A DNA stretch of 64,000 nt from Eledone cirrhosa (lineage: Eukaryota), in NCBI GenBank assembly GCA_964016885.1, contig OZ024744.1, positions 2,790,001-2,854,000 on the forward strand, in the 5' to 3' direction. Below, one piece after another: positions 50,482-62,400 of this stretch. Within the stretch, counting starts at the first letter, position 1; each line of letters starts with the position of its first letter. Made by a program: the position numbers and the translations under genes. The notes below the pieces were generated by a model. The model ran no database searches, had not been told where the DNA came from, and was given only the letters and a program-made list of their open reading frames with translations.

Positions 50482-53400
50482 TTGGTGAAGAACGAAATTT
50501 TGGGGAAGACAATGTAGAGAAAGATAGCTTGGTGAAGAACGAAGTTTTGGGGAAGACAATGTAGAGAAAGATAGCTTGGTGAAGAACGAAGTTTTGGGGG
50601 AAGACAAGGTAGAGAAAGATAGCTTGGTGAAGAACGAAGTTTTGGGGAAGACAATGTAGAGAAAGATAGCTTGGTGAAGAACGAAGTTTTGGGGGAAGAC
50701 AAGGTAGAGAAAGATAGCTTGGTGAAGAACGAAGTTTTGAGGGAAGACAAGGTAGAGAAAGATAGCTTGGTGAATAACGAAGTTTTGGGAGAAGACAAGG
50801 TAGAGAAAGATAGCTTGGTGAAGAACGACGTTTTGAGGGAAGACAAGGTAGAGAAAGATAGCTTGGTGAAGAACGAAGTTTTGGGGGAAGACAAGGTAGA
50901 GAAAGATAGCTTGGTGAAGAACGAAGTTTTGGGGGAAGACAAGGTAGAGAAAGATAGCTTGGTGAAGAACGAAGTTTTGGGGGAAGACAAGGTAGAGAAA
51001 GATAGCTTGGTGAAGAACGAAGTTTTGGGGAATACAATGTAGAGAAAGATAGCTTGGTGAAGAACGAAGTTTTGGGGGAAGACAAGGTAGAGAAAGATAG
51101 CTTGGTGAATAACGAAGTTTTGGGAGAAGACAAGGTCGAGAAAGATAGCTTGGTGAAGAACGAAATTTTGAGGGAAGACAAGGTAGAGAAAGATAGCTTG
51201 GTGAAGAACGACGTTTTGGTGGAAGACAAGGTAGAGAAAGATAGCTTGGTGAAGAACAATGTTTTGGGGAAGACAATGTAGAGAAAGATAGCTTGGTGAA
51301 GAACGAAGTTTTGGGGGAAGACAAGGTAGAGAAAGATAGCTTGGTGAAGAACGAAGTTTTGAGGGAAGACAAGGTAGAGAAAGATAGCTTGGTGAATAAC
51401 GAAGTTTTGGGAGAAGACAAGGTAGAGAAAGATAGTTGGTGAAGAACGAAGTTTTGAGGGAAGACAAGGTAGAGAAAGATAGCTTGGTGAAGAACGACAT
51501 TTTGAGGGAAGACAAAGTAGAGAAAGATAGCTTGGTGAAGAACGACGTTTTGTGGGAAGACAAGGTAGAGAAAGATAGCTTGGTGAAGAACGAAGTTTTG
51601 GGGGAAGACAAGGTAGAGAAAGATAGCTTGGTGAAGAACGAAGTTTTGGGGAAGACAATGTAGAGAAAGATAGCTTGGTGAAGAACGAAGTTTTGGGGGA
51701 AGACAAGGTAGAGAAAGATAGCTTGGTGAAGAACGAAGTTTTGAGGGAAGACAAGGTAGAGAAAGATAGCTTGGTGAATAACGAAGTTTTGGGAGAAGAC
51801 AAGGTAGAGAAAGATAGCTTGGTGAAGAACGACGTTTTGAGGGAAGACAAGGTAGAGAAAGATAGCTTGGTGAAGAACGAAGTTTTGGGGGAAGACAAGG
51901 TAGAGAAAGATAGCTTGGTGAAGAACGAAGTTTTGGGGGAAGACAAGGTAGAGAAAGATAGCTTGGTGAAGAACGAAGTTTTGGGGGAAGACAAGGTAGA
52001 GAAAGATAGCTTGGTGAAGAACGAAGTTTTGGGGAATACAATGTAGAGAAAGATAGCTTGGTGAAGAACGAAGTTTTGGGGGAAGACAAGGTAGAGAAAG
52101 ATAGCTTGGTGAATAACGAAGTTTTGGGAGAAGACAAGGTCGAGAAAGATAGCTTGGTGAAGAACGAAATTTTGAGGGAAGACAAGGTAGAGAAAGATAG
52201 CTTGGTGAAGAACGACGTTTTGGTGGAAGACAAGGTAGAGAAAGATAGCTTGGTGAAGAACGATGTTTTGGGGAAGACAATGTAGAGAAAGATAGCTTGG
52301 TGAAGAACGAAGTTTTGGGGGAAGACAAGGTAGAGAAAGATAGCTTGGTGAAGAACGAAGTTTTGAGGGAAGACAAGGTAGAGAAAGATAGCTTGGTGAA
52401 TAACGAATTTTTGGGAGAAGACAAGGTAGAGAAAGATAGTTGGTGAAGAACGAAGTTTTGAGGGAAGACAAGGTAGAGAAAGATAGCTTGGTGAAGAACG
52501 ACATTTTGAGGGAAGACAAAGTAGAGAAAGATAGCTTGGTGAAGAACGACGTTTTGTGGGAAGACAAGGTAGAGAAAGATAGCTTGGTGAAGAACGAAGT
52601 TTTGGGGGAAGACAAGGTAGAGAAAGATAGCTTGGTGAAGAACGAATTTTGGGGAAGACAATGTAGAGAAAGATAGCTTGGTGAAGAACGAAGTTTTGAG
52701 GGAAGACAAGGTAGAGAAAGATAGCTTGGTGAAGAACGAAGTTTTGGGGAAGGCAATGTAGAGAAAGATAGCTTGGTGAAGAACGAAGTTTTGAGGGAAG
52801 ACAAGGTAGAGAAAGATAGCTTGGTGAAGAACGAAGTTTTGGGGAAGGCAATGTAGAGAAAGATAGCTTGGTGAAGAACGAAGTTTTGGGGGAAGACAAG
52901 GTAGAGAAAGATAGCTTGGTGAAGAACGAAATTTTGAGGGAAGACAAGGTAGAGAAAGATAGCTTGGTGAAGAACGACGTTTTGGTGGAAGACAAGGTAG
53001 AGAAAGATAGCTTGGTGAAGAACGATGTTTTGGGGAAGACAATGTAGAGAAAGATAGCTTGGTGAAGAACGAAGTTTTGGGGGAAGACAAGGTAGAGAAA
53101 GATAGCTTGGTGAATAACGAAGTTTTGGGAGAAGACAAGGTAGAGAAAGATAGTTGGTGAAGAACGAAGTTTTGAGTGAAGACAAGGTAGAGAAAGATAG
53201 CTTGGTGAAGAACGACGTTTTGAGGGAAGACAAGGTAGAGAAAGATAGCTTGGTGAAGAACGACGTTTTGTGGGAAGACAAGGTAGAGAAAGATAGCTTG
53301 GTGAAGAACGAAGTTTTGGGGGAAGACAAGGTAGAGAAAGATAGCTTGGTGAAGAACGAAGTTTTGGGGAAGGCAATGTAGAGAAAGATAGATTGGTGAA

Positions 53401-56400
53401 GAACGAAGTTTTGGGGGAAGACAAGGTAGAGAAAGATAGCTTGGTGAAGAACGAAGTTTTGAGGGAAGACAAGGTAGAGAAAGATAGCTTGGTGAATAAC
53501 GAAGTTTTGGGAGAAGACAAGGTAGAGAAAGATAGCTTGGTGAAGAACGACGTTTTGAGGGAAGACAAGGTAGAGAAAGATAGCTTGGTGAAGAACGAAG
53601 TTTTGGGGGAAGACAAGGTAGAGAAAGATAGCTTGGTGAAGAACGAAGTTTTGGGGGAAGACAAGGTAGAGAAAGATAGCTTGGTGAAGAACGAAGTTTT
53701 GGGGGAAGACAAGGTAGAGAAAGATAGCTTGGTGAAGAACGAAGTTTTGGGGAAGACAATGTAGAGAAAGATAGCTTGGTGAAGAACGAAGATTTGGGGG
53801 AAGACAAGGTAGAGAAAGATAGCTTGGTGAAGAACGAAGTTTTGGGAGAAGACAAGGTAGAGAAAGATAGCTTGGTGAAGAACGAAGTTTTGAGGGAAGA
53901 CAAGGTAGAGAAAGATAGCTTGGTGAAGAACGACGTTTTGAGGGAAGACAAGGTAGAGAAAGATAGCTTGGTGAAGAACGACGTTTTGTGGGAAGACAAG
54001 GTAGAGAAAGATAGCTTGGTGAAGAACGAAGTTTTGGGGGAAGACAAGGTAGAGAAAGATAGCTTGGTGAAGAACGGAGTTTTGGGGGAAGACAAGGTAG
54101 AGAAAGATAGCTTGGTGAAGAACGAAGTTTTGGGGGAAGACAAGGTAGAGAAAGATAGCTTGGTGAAGAACGAAGTTTTGTGGAAGACAATGTAGAGAAA
54201 GATAGCTTGGTGAAGAACGAAGTTTTGGGGAAGACAATGTAGAGAAAGATAGCTTGGTGAAGAACGAAGTTTTGGGGGAAGACAAGGTAGAGAAAGATAG
54301 CTTGGTGAAGAACGAAGTTTTGGGAGAAGACAAGGTGGAGAAAGATAGCTTGGTGAAGAACGAAGTTTTGAGGGAAGACAAGGTAGAGAAAGATAGCTTG
54401 GTGAAGAACGACGTTTTGAGGGAAGACAAGGTAGAGAAAGATAGCTTGGTGAAGAACGACGTTTTGTGGGAAGACAAGGTAGAGAAAGATAGCTTGGTGA
54501 AGAACGAAGTTTTGGGGGAAGACAAGGTAGAGAAAGATAGCTTGGTGAAGAACGAAGTTTTGTGGGAAGACAAGGTAGAGAAAGATAGCTTGGTGAAGAA
54601 CGTAGTTTTGGGGAAGACAATGTAGAGAAAGATAGCTTGGTGAAGAACGAAGTTTTGGGGGAAGACAAGGTAGAGAAAGATAGCTTGGTGACTAACGAAA
54701 TTTTGGGAGAAGACAAGGTCGAGAAAGATAGCTTGGTGAAGAACGAAATTTTGAGGGAAGACAAGGTAGAGAAAGATAGCTTGGTGAAGAACGACGTTTT
54801 GGTGGAAGACAAGGTAGAGAAAGATAGCTTGGTGAAGAACGATGTTTTGGGGAAGACAATGTAGAGCAAGATAGCTTGGTGAAGAACGAAGTTTTGGGGG
54901 AAGACAAGGTAGAGAAAGATAGCTTGGTGAAGAACGACGTTTTGAGGGAAGACAAGGTAGAGAAAGATAGCTTGGTGAAGAACGACGTTTTGTGGGAAGA
55001 CAATGTAGAGAAAGATAGCTTGGTGAAGAACGAAGTTTTGGGGGAAGACAAGGTAGAGAAAGATAGCTTGGTGAAGAACGAAGTTTTGGGGAATACAATG
55101 TAGAGAAAGATAGCTTGGTGAAGAACGAAGTTTTGGGGAAGACAATGTAGAGAAAGATAGCTTGGTGAAGAACGAAGTTTTGGGGAAGACAATGTAGAGA
55201 AAGATAGCTTGGTGAAGAACGAAGTTTTGGGGGAAGACAAGGTAGAGAAAGATAGCTTGGTGAAGAACGAAGTTTTGGGGAAGACAATGTAGAGAAAGAT
55301 AGCTTGGTGAAGAACGAAGTTTTGGGGGAAGACAAGGTAGAGAAAGATAGCTTGGTGAAGAACGAAGTTTTGAGGGAAGACAAGGTAGAGAAAGATAGCT
55401 TGGTGAATAACGAAGTTTTGGGAGAAGACAAGGTAGAGAAAGATAGCTTGGTGAAGAACGACGTTTTGAGGGAAGACAAGGTAGAGAAAGATAGCTTGGT
55501 GAAGAACGAAGTTTTGGGGGAAGACAAGGTAGAGAAAGATAGCTTGGTGAAGAACAAAGTTTTGGGGGAAGACAAGGTAGAGAAAGATAGCTTGGTGAAG
55601 AACGAAGTTTTGGGGGAAGACAAGGTAGAGAAAGATAGCTTGGTGAAGAACGAAGTTTTGGGGAATACAATGTAGAGAAAGATAGCTTGGTGAAGAACGA
55701 AGTTTTGGGGGAAGACAAGGTAGAGAAAGATAGCTTGGTGAATAACGAAGTTTTGGGAGAAGACAAGGTCGAGAAAGATAGCTTGGTGAAGAACGAAATT
55801 TTGAGGGAAGACAAGGTAGAGAAAGATAGCTTGGTGAAGAACGACGTTTTGGTGGAAGACAAGGTAGAGAAAGATAGCTTGGTGAAGAACAATGTTTTGG
55901 GGAAGACAATGTAGAGAAAGATAGCTTGGTGAAGAACGAAGTTTTGGGGGAAGACAAGGTAGAGAAAGATAGCTTGGTGAAGAACGAAGTTTTGAGGGAA
56001 GACAAGGTAGAGAAAGATAGCTTGGTGAATAACGAAGTTTTGGGAGAAGACAAGGTAGAGAAAGATAGTTGGTGAAGAACGAAGTTTTGAGGGAAGACAA
56101 GGTAGAGAAAGATAGCTTGGTGAAGAACGACATTTTGAGGGAAGACAAAGTAGAGAAAGATAGCTTGGTGAAGAACGACGTTTTGTGGGAAGACAAGGTA
56201 GAGAAAGATAGCTTGGTGAAGAACGAAGTTTTGGGGGAAGACAAGGTAGAGAAAGATAGCTTGGTGAAGAACGAAGTTTTGGGGAAGACAATGTAGAGAA
56301 AGATAGCTTGGTGAAGAACGAAGTTTTGGGGGAAGACAAGGTAGAGAAAGATAGCTTGGTGAAGAACGAAGTTTTGAGGGAAGACAAGGTAGAGAAAGAT

Positions 56401-59400
56401 AGCTTGGTGAATAACGAAGTTTTGGGAGAAGACAAGGTAGAGAAAGATAGCTTGGTGAAGAACGACGTTTTGAGGGAAGACAAGGTAGAGAAAGATAGCT
56501 TGGTGAAGAACGAAGTTTTGGGGGAAGACAAGGTAGAGAAAGATAGCTTGGTGAAGAACGAAGTTTTGGGGGAAGACAAGGTAGAGAAAGATAGCTTGGT
56601 GAAGAACGAAGTTTTGGGGGAAGACAAGGTAGAGAAAGATAGCTTGGTGAAGAACGAAGTTTTGGGGAATACAATGTAGAGAAAGATAGCTTGGTGAAGA
56701 ACGAAGTTTTGGGGGAAGACAAGGTAGAGAAAGATAGCTTGGTGAATAACGAAGTTTTGGGAGAAGACAAGGTCGAGAAAGATAGCTTGGTGAAGAACGA
56801 AATTTTGAGGGAAGACAAGGTAGAGAAAGATAGCTTGGTGAAGAACGACGTTTTGGTGGAAGACAAGGTAGAGAAAGATAGCTTGGTGAAGAACGATGTT
56901 TTGGGGAAGACAATGTAGAGAAAGATAGCTTGGTGAAGAACGAAGTTTTGGGGGAAGACAAGGTAGAGAAAGATAGCTTGGTGAAGAACGAAGTTTTGAG
57001 GGAAGACAAGGTAGAGAAAGATAGCTTGGTGAATAACGAATTTTTGGGAGAAGACAAGGTAGAGAAAGATAGTTGGTGAAGAACGAAGTTTTGAGGGAAG
57101 ACAAGGTAGAGAAAGATAGCTTGGTGAAGAACGACATTTTGAGGGAAGACAAAGTAGAGAAAGATAGCTTGGTGAAGAACGACGTTTTGTGGGAAGACAA
57201 GGTAGAGAAAGATAGCTTGGTGAAGAACGAAGTTTTGGGGGAAGACAAGGTAGAGAAAGATAGCTTGGTGAAGAACGAATTTTGGGGAAGACAATGTAGA
57301 GAAAGATAGCTTGGTGAAGAACGAAGTTTTGAGGGAAGACAAGGTAGAGAAAGATAGCTTGGTGAAGAACGAAGTTTTGGGGAAGGCAATGTAGAGAAAG
57401 ATAGCTTGGTGAAGAACGAAGTTTTGGGGGAAGACAAGGTAGAGAAAGATAGCTTGGTGAAGAACGAAATTTTGAGGGAAGACAAGGTAGAGAAAGATAG
57501 CTTGGTGAAGAACGACGTTTTGGTGGAAGACAAGGTAGAGAAAGATAGCTTGGTGAAGAACGATGTTTTGGGGAAGACAATGTAGAGAAAGATAGCTTGG
57601 TGAAGAACGAAGTTTTGGGGGAAGACAAGGTAGAGAAAGATAGCTTGGTGAATAACGAAGTTTTGGGAGAAGACAAGGTAGAGAAAGATAGTTGGTGAAG
57701 AACGAAGTTTTGAGTGAAGACAAGGTAGAGAAAGATAGCTTGGTGAAGAACGACGTTTTGAGGGAAGACAAGGTAGAGAAAGATAGCTTGGTGAAGAACG
57801 ACGTTTTGTGGGAAGACAAGGTAGAGAAAGATAGCTTGGTGAAGAACGAAGTTTTGGGGGAAGACAAGGTAGAGAAAGATAGCTTGGTGAAGAACGAAGT
57901 CTTGGGGAAGGCAATGTAGAGAAAGATAGATTGGTGAAGAACGAAGTTTTGGGGGAAGACAAGGTAGAGAAAGATAGCTTGGTGAAGAACGAAGTTTTGA
58001 GGGAAGACAAGGTAGAGAAAGATAGCTTGGTGAATAACGAAGTTTTGGGAGAAGACAAGGTAGAGAAAGATAGCTTGGTGAAGAACGACGTTTTGAGGGA
58101 AGACAAGGTAGAGAAAGATAGCTTGGTGAAGAACGAAGTTTTGGGGGAAGACAAGGTAGAGAAAGATAGCTTGGTGAAGAACGAAGTTTTGGGGGAAGAC
58201 AAGGTAGAGAAAGATAGCTTGGTGAAGAACGAAGTTTTGGGGGAAGACAAGGTAGAGAAAGATAGCTTGGTGAAGAACGAAGTTTTGGGGAAGACAATGT
58301 AGAGAAAGATAGCTTGGTGAAGAACGAAGATTTGGGGGAAGACAAGGTAGAGAAAGATAGCTTGGTGAAGAACGAAGTTTTGGGAGAAGACAAGGTAGAG
58401 AAAGATAGCTTGGTGAAGAACGAAGTTTTGAGGGAAGACAAGGTAGAGAAAGATAGCTTGGTGAAGAACGACGTTTTGAGGGAAGACAAGGTAGAGAAAG
58501 ATAGCTTGGTGAAGAACGACGTTTTGTGGGAAGACAAGGTAGAGAAAGATAGCTTGGTGAAGAACGAAGTTTTGGGGGAAGACAAGGTAGAGAAAGATAG
58601 CTTGGTGAAGAACGGAGTTTTGGGGGAAGACAAGGTAGAGAAAGATAGCTTGGTGAAGAACGAAGTTTTGGGGGAAGACAAGGTAGAGAGAGATAGCTTG
58701 GTGAAGAACGAAGTTTTGTGGAAGACAATGTAGAGAAAGATAGCTTGGTGAAGAACGAAGTTTTGGGGAAGACAATGTAGAGAAAGATAGCTTGGTGAAG
58801 AACGAAGTTTTGGGGGAAGACAAGGAAGAGAAAGATAGCTTGGTGAAGAACGAAGTTTTGGGAGAAGACAAGGTGGAGAAAGATAGCTTGGTGAAGAACG
58901 AAGTTTTGAGGGAAGACAAGGTAGAGAAAGATAGCTTGGTGAAGAACGACGTTTTGAGGGAAGACAAGGTAGAGAAAGATAGCTTGGTGAAGAACGACGT
59001 TTTGTGGGAAGACAAGGTAGAGAAAGATAGCTTGGTGAAGAACGAAGTTTTGGGGGAAGACAAGGTAGAGAAAGATAGCTTGGTGAAGAACGAAGTTTTG
59101 GGGGAAGACAAGGTAGAGAAAGATAGCTTGGTGAAGAACGAAGTTTTGTGGGAAGACAAGGTAGAGAAAGATAGCTTGGTGAAGAACGTAGTTTTGGGGA
59201 AGACAATGTAGAGAAAGATAGCTTGGTGAAGAACGAAGTTTTGGGGGAAGACAAGGTAGAGAAAGATAGCTTGGTGACTAACGAAATTTTGGGAGAAGAC
59301 AAGGTCGAGAAAGATAGCTTGGTGAAGAACGAAATTTTGAGGGAAGACAAGGTAGAGAAAGATAGCTTGGTGAAGAACGACGTTTTGGTGGAAGACAAGG

Positions 59401-59460
59401 TAGAGAAAGATAGCTTGGTGAAGAACGATGTTTTGGGGAAGACAATGTAGAGCAAGATAG
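49900..59460 (+). repeat. Block duplication, offset 4633 bp (4538 beyond a 95-bp local duplication)
   Basis: Module starts 50004/54637, 50671/55304, 51436/56069 and 52440/57073 are 4633 apart; 53154/57692, 53776/58314 and 54254/58792 are 4538 apart. Shared GAATTTTTGG variant (~52405/57038). Boundaries are approximate. Confidence 0.88.
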
Positions 59461-62400
59461 CTTGGTGAAGAACGAAGTTTTGGGGGAAGACAAGGTAGAG
59501 AAAGATAGCTTGGTGAAGAACGACGTTTTGAGGGAAGACAAGGTAGAGAAAGATAGCTTGGTGAAGAACGACGTTTTGTGGGAAGACAAGGTAGAGAAAG
59601 ATAGCTTGGTGAAGAACGAAGTTTTGGGGGAAGACAAGGTAGAGAAAGATAGCTTGGTGAAGAACGGAGTTTTGGGGGGAAGACAAGGTAGAGAAAGATA
59701 GCTTGGTGAAGAACGAAGTTTTGGGGGAAGACAAGGTAGAGAAAGATAGCTTGGTGAAGAACGAAGTTTTGTGGAAGACAATGTAGAGAAAGATAGCATG
59801 GTGAAGAACGAAGTTTTGGGCAAGACAATGTAGAGAAAGATAGCTTGGTGAAGAACGAAGTTTTGGGGGAAGACAAGGTAGAGAAAGATAGCTTGGTGAA
59901 GAACGAAGTTTTGGGAGAAGACAAGGTAGAGAAAGATAGCTTGGTGAAGAACGAAGTTTTGAGGGAAGACAAGGTAGAGAAAGATAGCTTGGTGAAGAAC
60001 GACCTTTTGAGGGAAGACAAGGTAGAGAAAGATAGCTTGGTGAAGAACGACGTTTTGTGGGAAGACAAGGTAGAGAAAGATAGCTTGGTGAAGAACGAAG
60101 TTTTGGGGGAAGACAAGGTAGAGAAAGATAGCTTGGTGAAGAACGAAGTTTTGGGGGAAGACAAGGTAGAGAAAGATAGCTTGGTGAAGAACGAAGTTTT
60201 GTGGGAAGACAAGGTAGAGAAAGATAGCTTGGTGAAGAACAAAGTTTTGGGGGAAGACAATGTAGAGAAAGATAGCTTGGTGAAGAACGAAGTTTTGTGG
60301 GAAGACAAGGTAGAGAAAGATAGCTTGGTGAATAACGAAATTTTGGGAGAAGACAAGGTCGAGAAAGATAGCTTGGTGAAGAACGAAATTTTGAGGGAAG
60401 ACAAGGTAGAGAAAGATAGCTTGGTGAAGAACGACGTTTTGGTGGAAGACAAGGTAGAGAAAGATAGCTTGGTGAAGAACGATGTTTTGGGGAAGACAAT
60501 GTAGAGAAAGATAGCTTGGTGAAGAATGAAGTTTTGGGGGAAGACAAGGTAGAGAAAGATAGCTTGGTGAAGAACGAAGTTTTGAGGGAAGACAAGGTAG
60601 AGAAAGATAGCTTGGTGAATAACGAAGTTTTGGGAGAAGACAAGGTAGAGAAAGATAGTTGGTGAAGAACGAAGTTTTGAGGGAAGACAAGGTAGAGAAA
60701 GATAGCTTGGTGAAGAACGACGTTTTGAGGGAAGACAAGGTAGAGAAAGATAGCTTGGTGAAGAACGACGTTTTGTGGGAAGACAAGGTAGAGAAAGATA
60801 GCTTGGTGAAGAACGAAGTTTTGGGGGAAGACAAGGTAGAGAAAGATAGCTTGGTGAAGAACGAAGTTTTGGGGAAGACAATGTAGAGAAAGATAGCTTG
60901 GTGAAGAACGAAGTTTTGGGGGAAGACAAGGTAGAGAAAGATAGCTTGGTGAAGAACGACGTTTTGAGGGAAGACAAGGTAGAGAAAGATAGCTTGGTGA
61001 AGAACGACGTTTTGTGGGAAGACAAGGTAGAGAAAGATAGCTTGGTGAAGAACGAAGTTTTGGGGGAAGACAAGGTAGAGAAAGATAGCTTGGTGAAGAA
61101 CGAAGTTTTGGGGGAAGACAAGGTAGAGAAAGATAGCTTGGTGAAGAACGAAGTTTTGTGGGAAGACAAGGTAGAGAAAGATAGCTTGGTGAAGAACGAA
61201 GTTTTGGGGAAGACAATGTAGAGAAAGATAGCTTGGTGAAGAACGAAGTTTTGGGGGAAGACAAGGTAGAGAAAGATAGCTTGGTGAATAACGAAATTTT
61301 GGGAGAAGACAAGGTCGAGAAAGATAGCTTGGTGAAGAACGAAATGTTGAGGGAAGACAAGGTAGAGAAAGATAGCTTGGTGAAGAACGACGTTTTGGGG
61401 AAGACAATGTAGAGAAAGATAGCTTGGTGAAGAACGAAGTTTTGGGGGAAGACAAGGTAGAGAAAGATAGCTTGGTGAAGAACGACGTTTTGAGGGAAGA
61501 CAAGGTATAGAAAGATAGCTTGGTGAAGAACGACGTTTTGGTGGAAGACAAGGTAGAGAAAGATAGCTTGGTGAAGAACGATGTTTTGGGGAAGACAATG
61601 TAGAGAAAGATAGCTTGGTGAAGAACGAAGTTTTGGGGGAAGACAAGGTAGAGAAAGATAGCTTGGTGAAGAACGAAGTTTTGAGGGAAGACAAGGTAGA
61701 GAAAGATAGCTTGGTGAATAACGAAGTTTTGGGAGAAGACAAGGTAGAGAAAGATAGTTGGTGAAGAACGAAGTTTTGAGGGAAGACAAGGTAGAGAAAG
61801 ATAGCTTGGTGCAGAACGACATTTTGAGGGAAGACAAAGTAGAGAAAGATAGCTTGGTGAAGAACGACGTTTTGTGGGAAGACAAGGTAGAGAAAGATAG
61901 CTTGGTGAAGAACGAAGTTTTGGGTGAAGACAAGGTAGAGAAAGATAGCTTGGTGAAGAACGAAGTTTTGGGGAAGACAATGTAGAGAAAGATAGCTTGG
62001 TGAAGAACGAAGTTTTGGGGGAAGACAAGGTAGAGAAAGATAGCTTGGTGAAGAACGAAGTTTTGAGGGAAGACAAGGTAGAGAAAGATAGCTTGGTGAA
62101 TAACGAAGTTTTGGGAGAAGACAAGGTAGAGAAAGATAGCTTGGTGAAGAACGACGTTTTGAGGGAAGACAAGGTAGAGAAAGATAGCTTGGTGAAGAAC
62201 GAAGTTTTGTGGGAAGACAAGGTAGAGAAAGATAGCTTGGTGAAGAACGAAGTTTTGAGGGAAGACAAGGTAGAGAAAGATAGCTTGGTGAATAACGAAG
62301 TTTTGGGAGAAGACAAGGTAGAGAAAGATAGCTTGGTGAAGAACGACGTTTTGAGGGAAGACAAGGTAGAGAAAGATAGCTTGGTGAAGAACGAAGTTTT

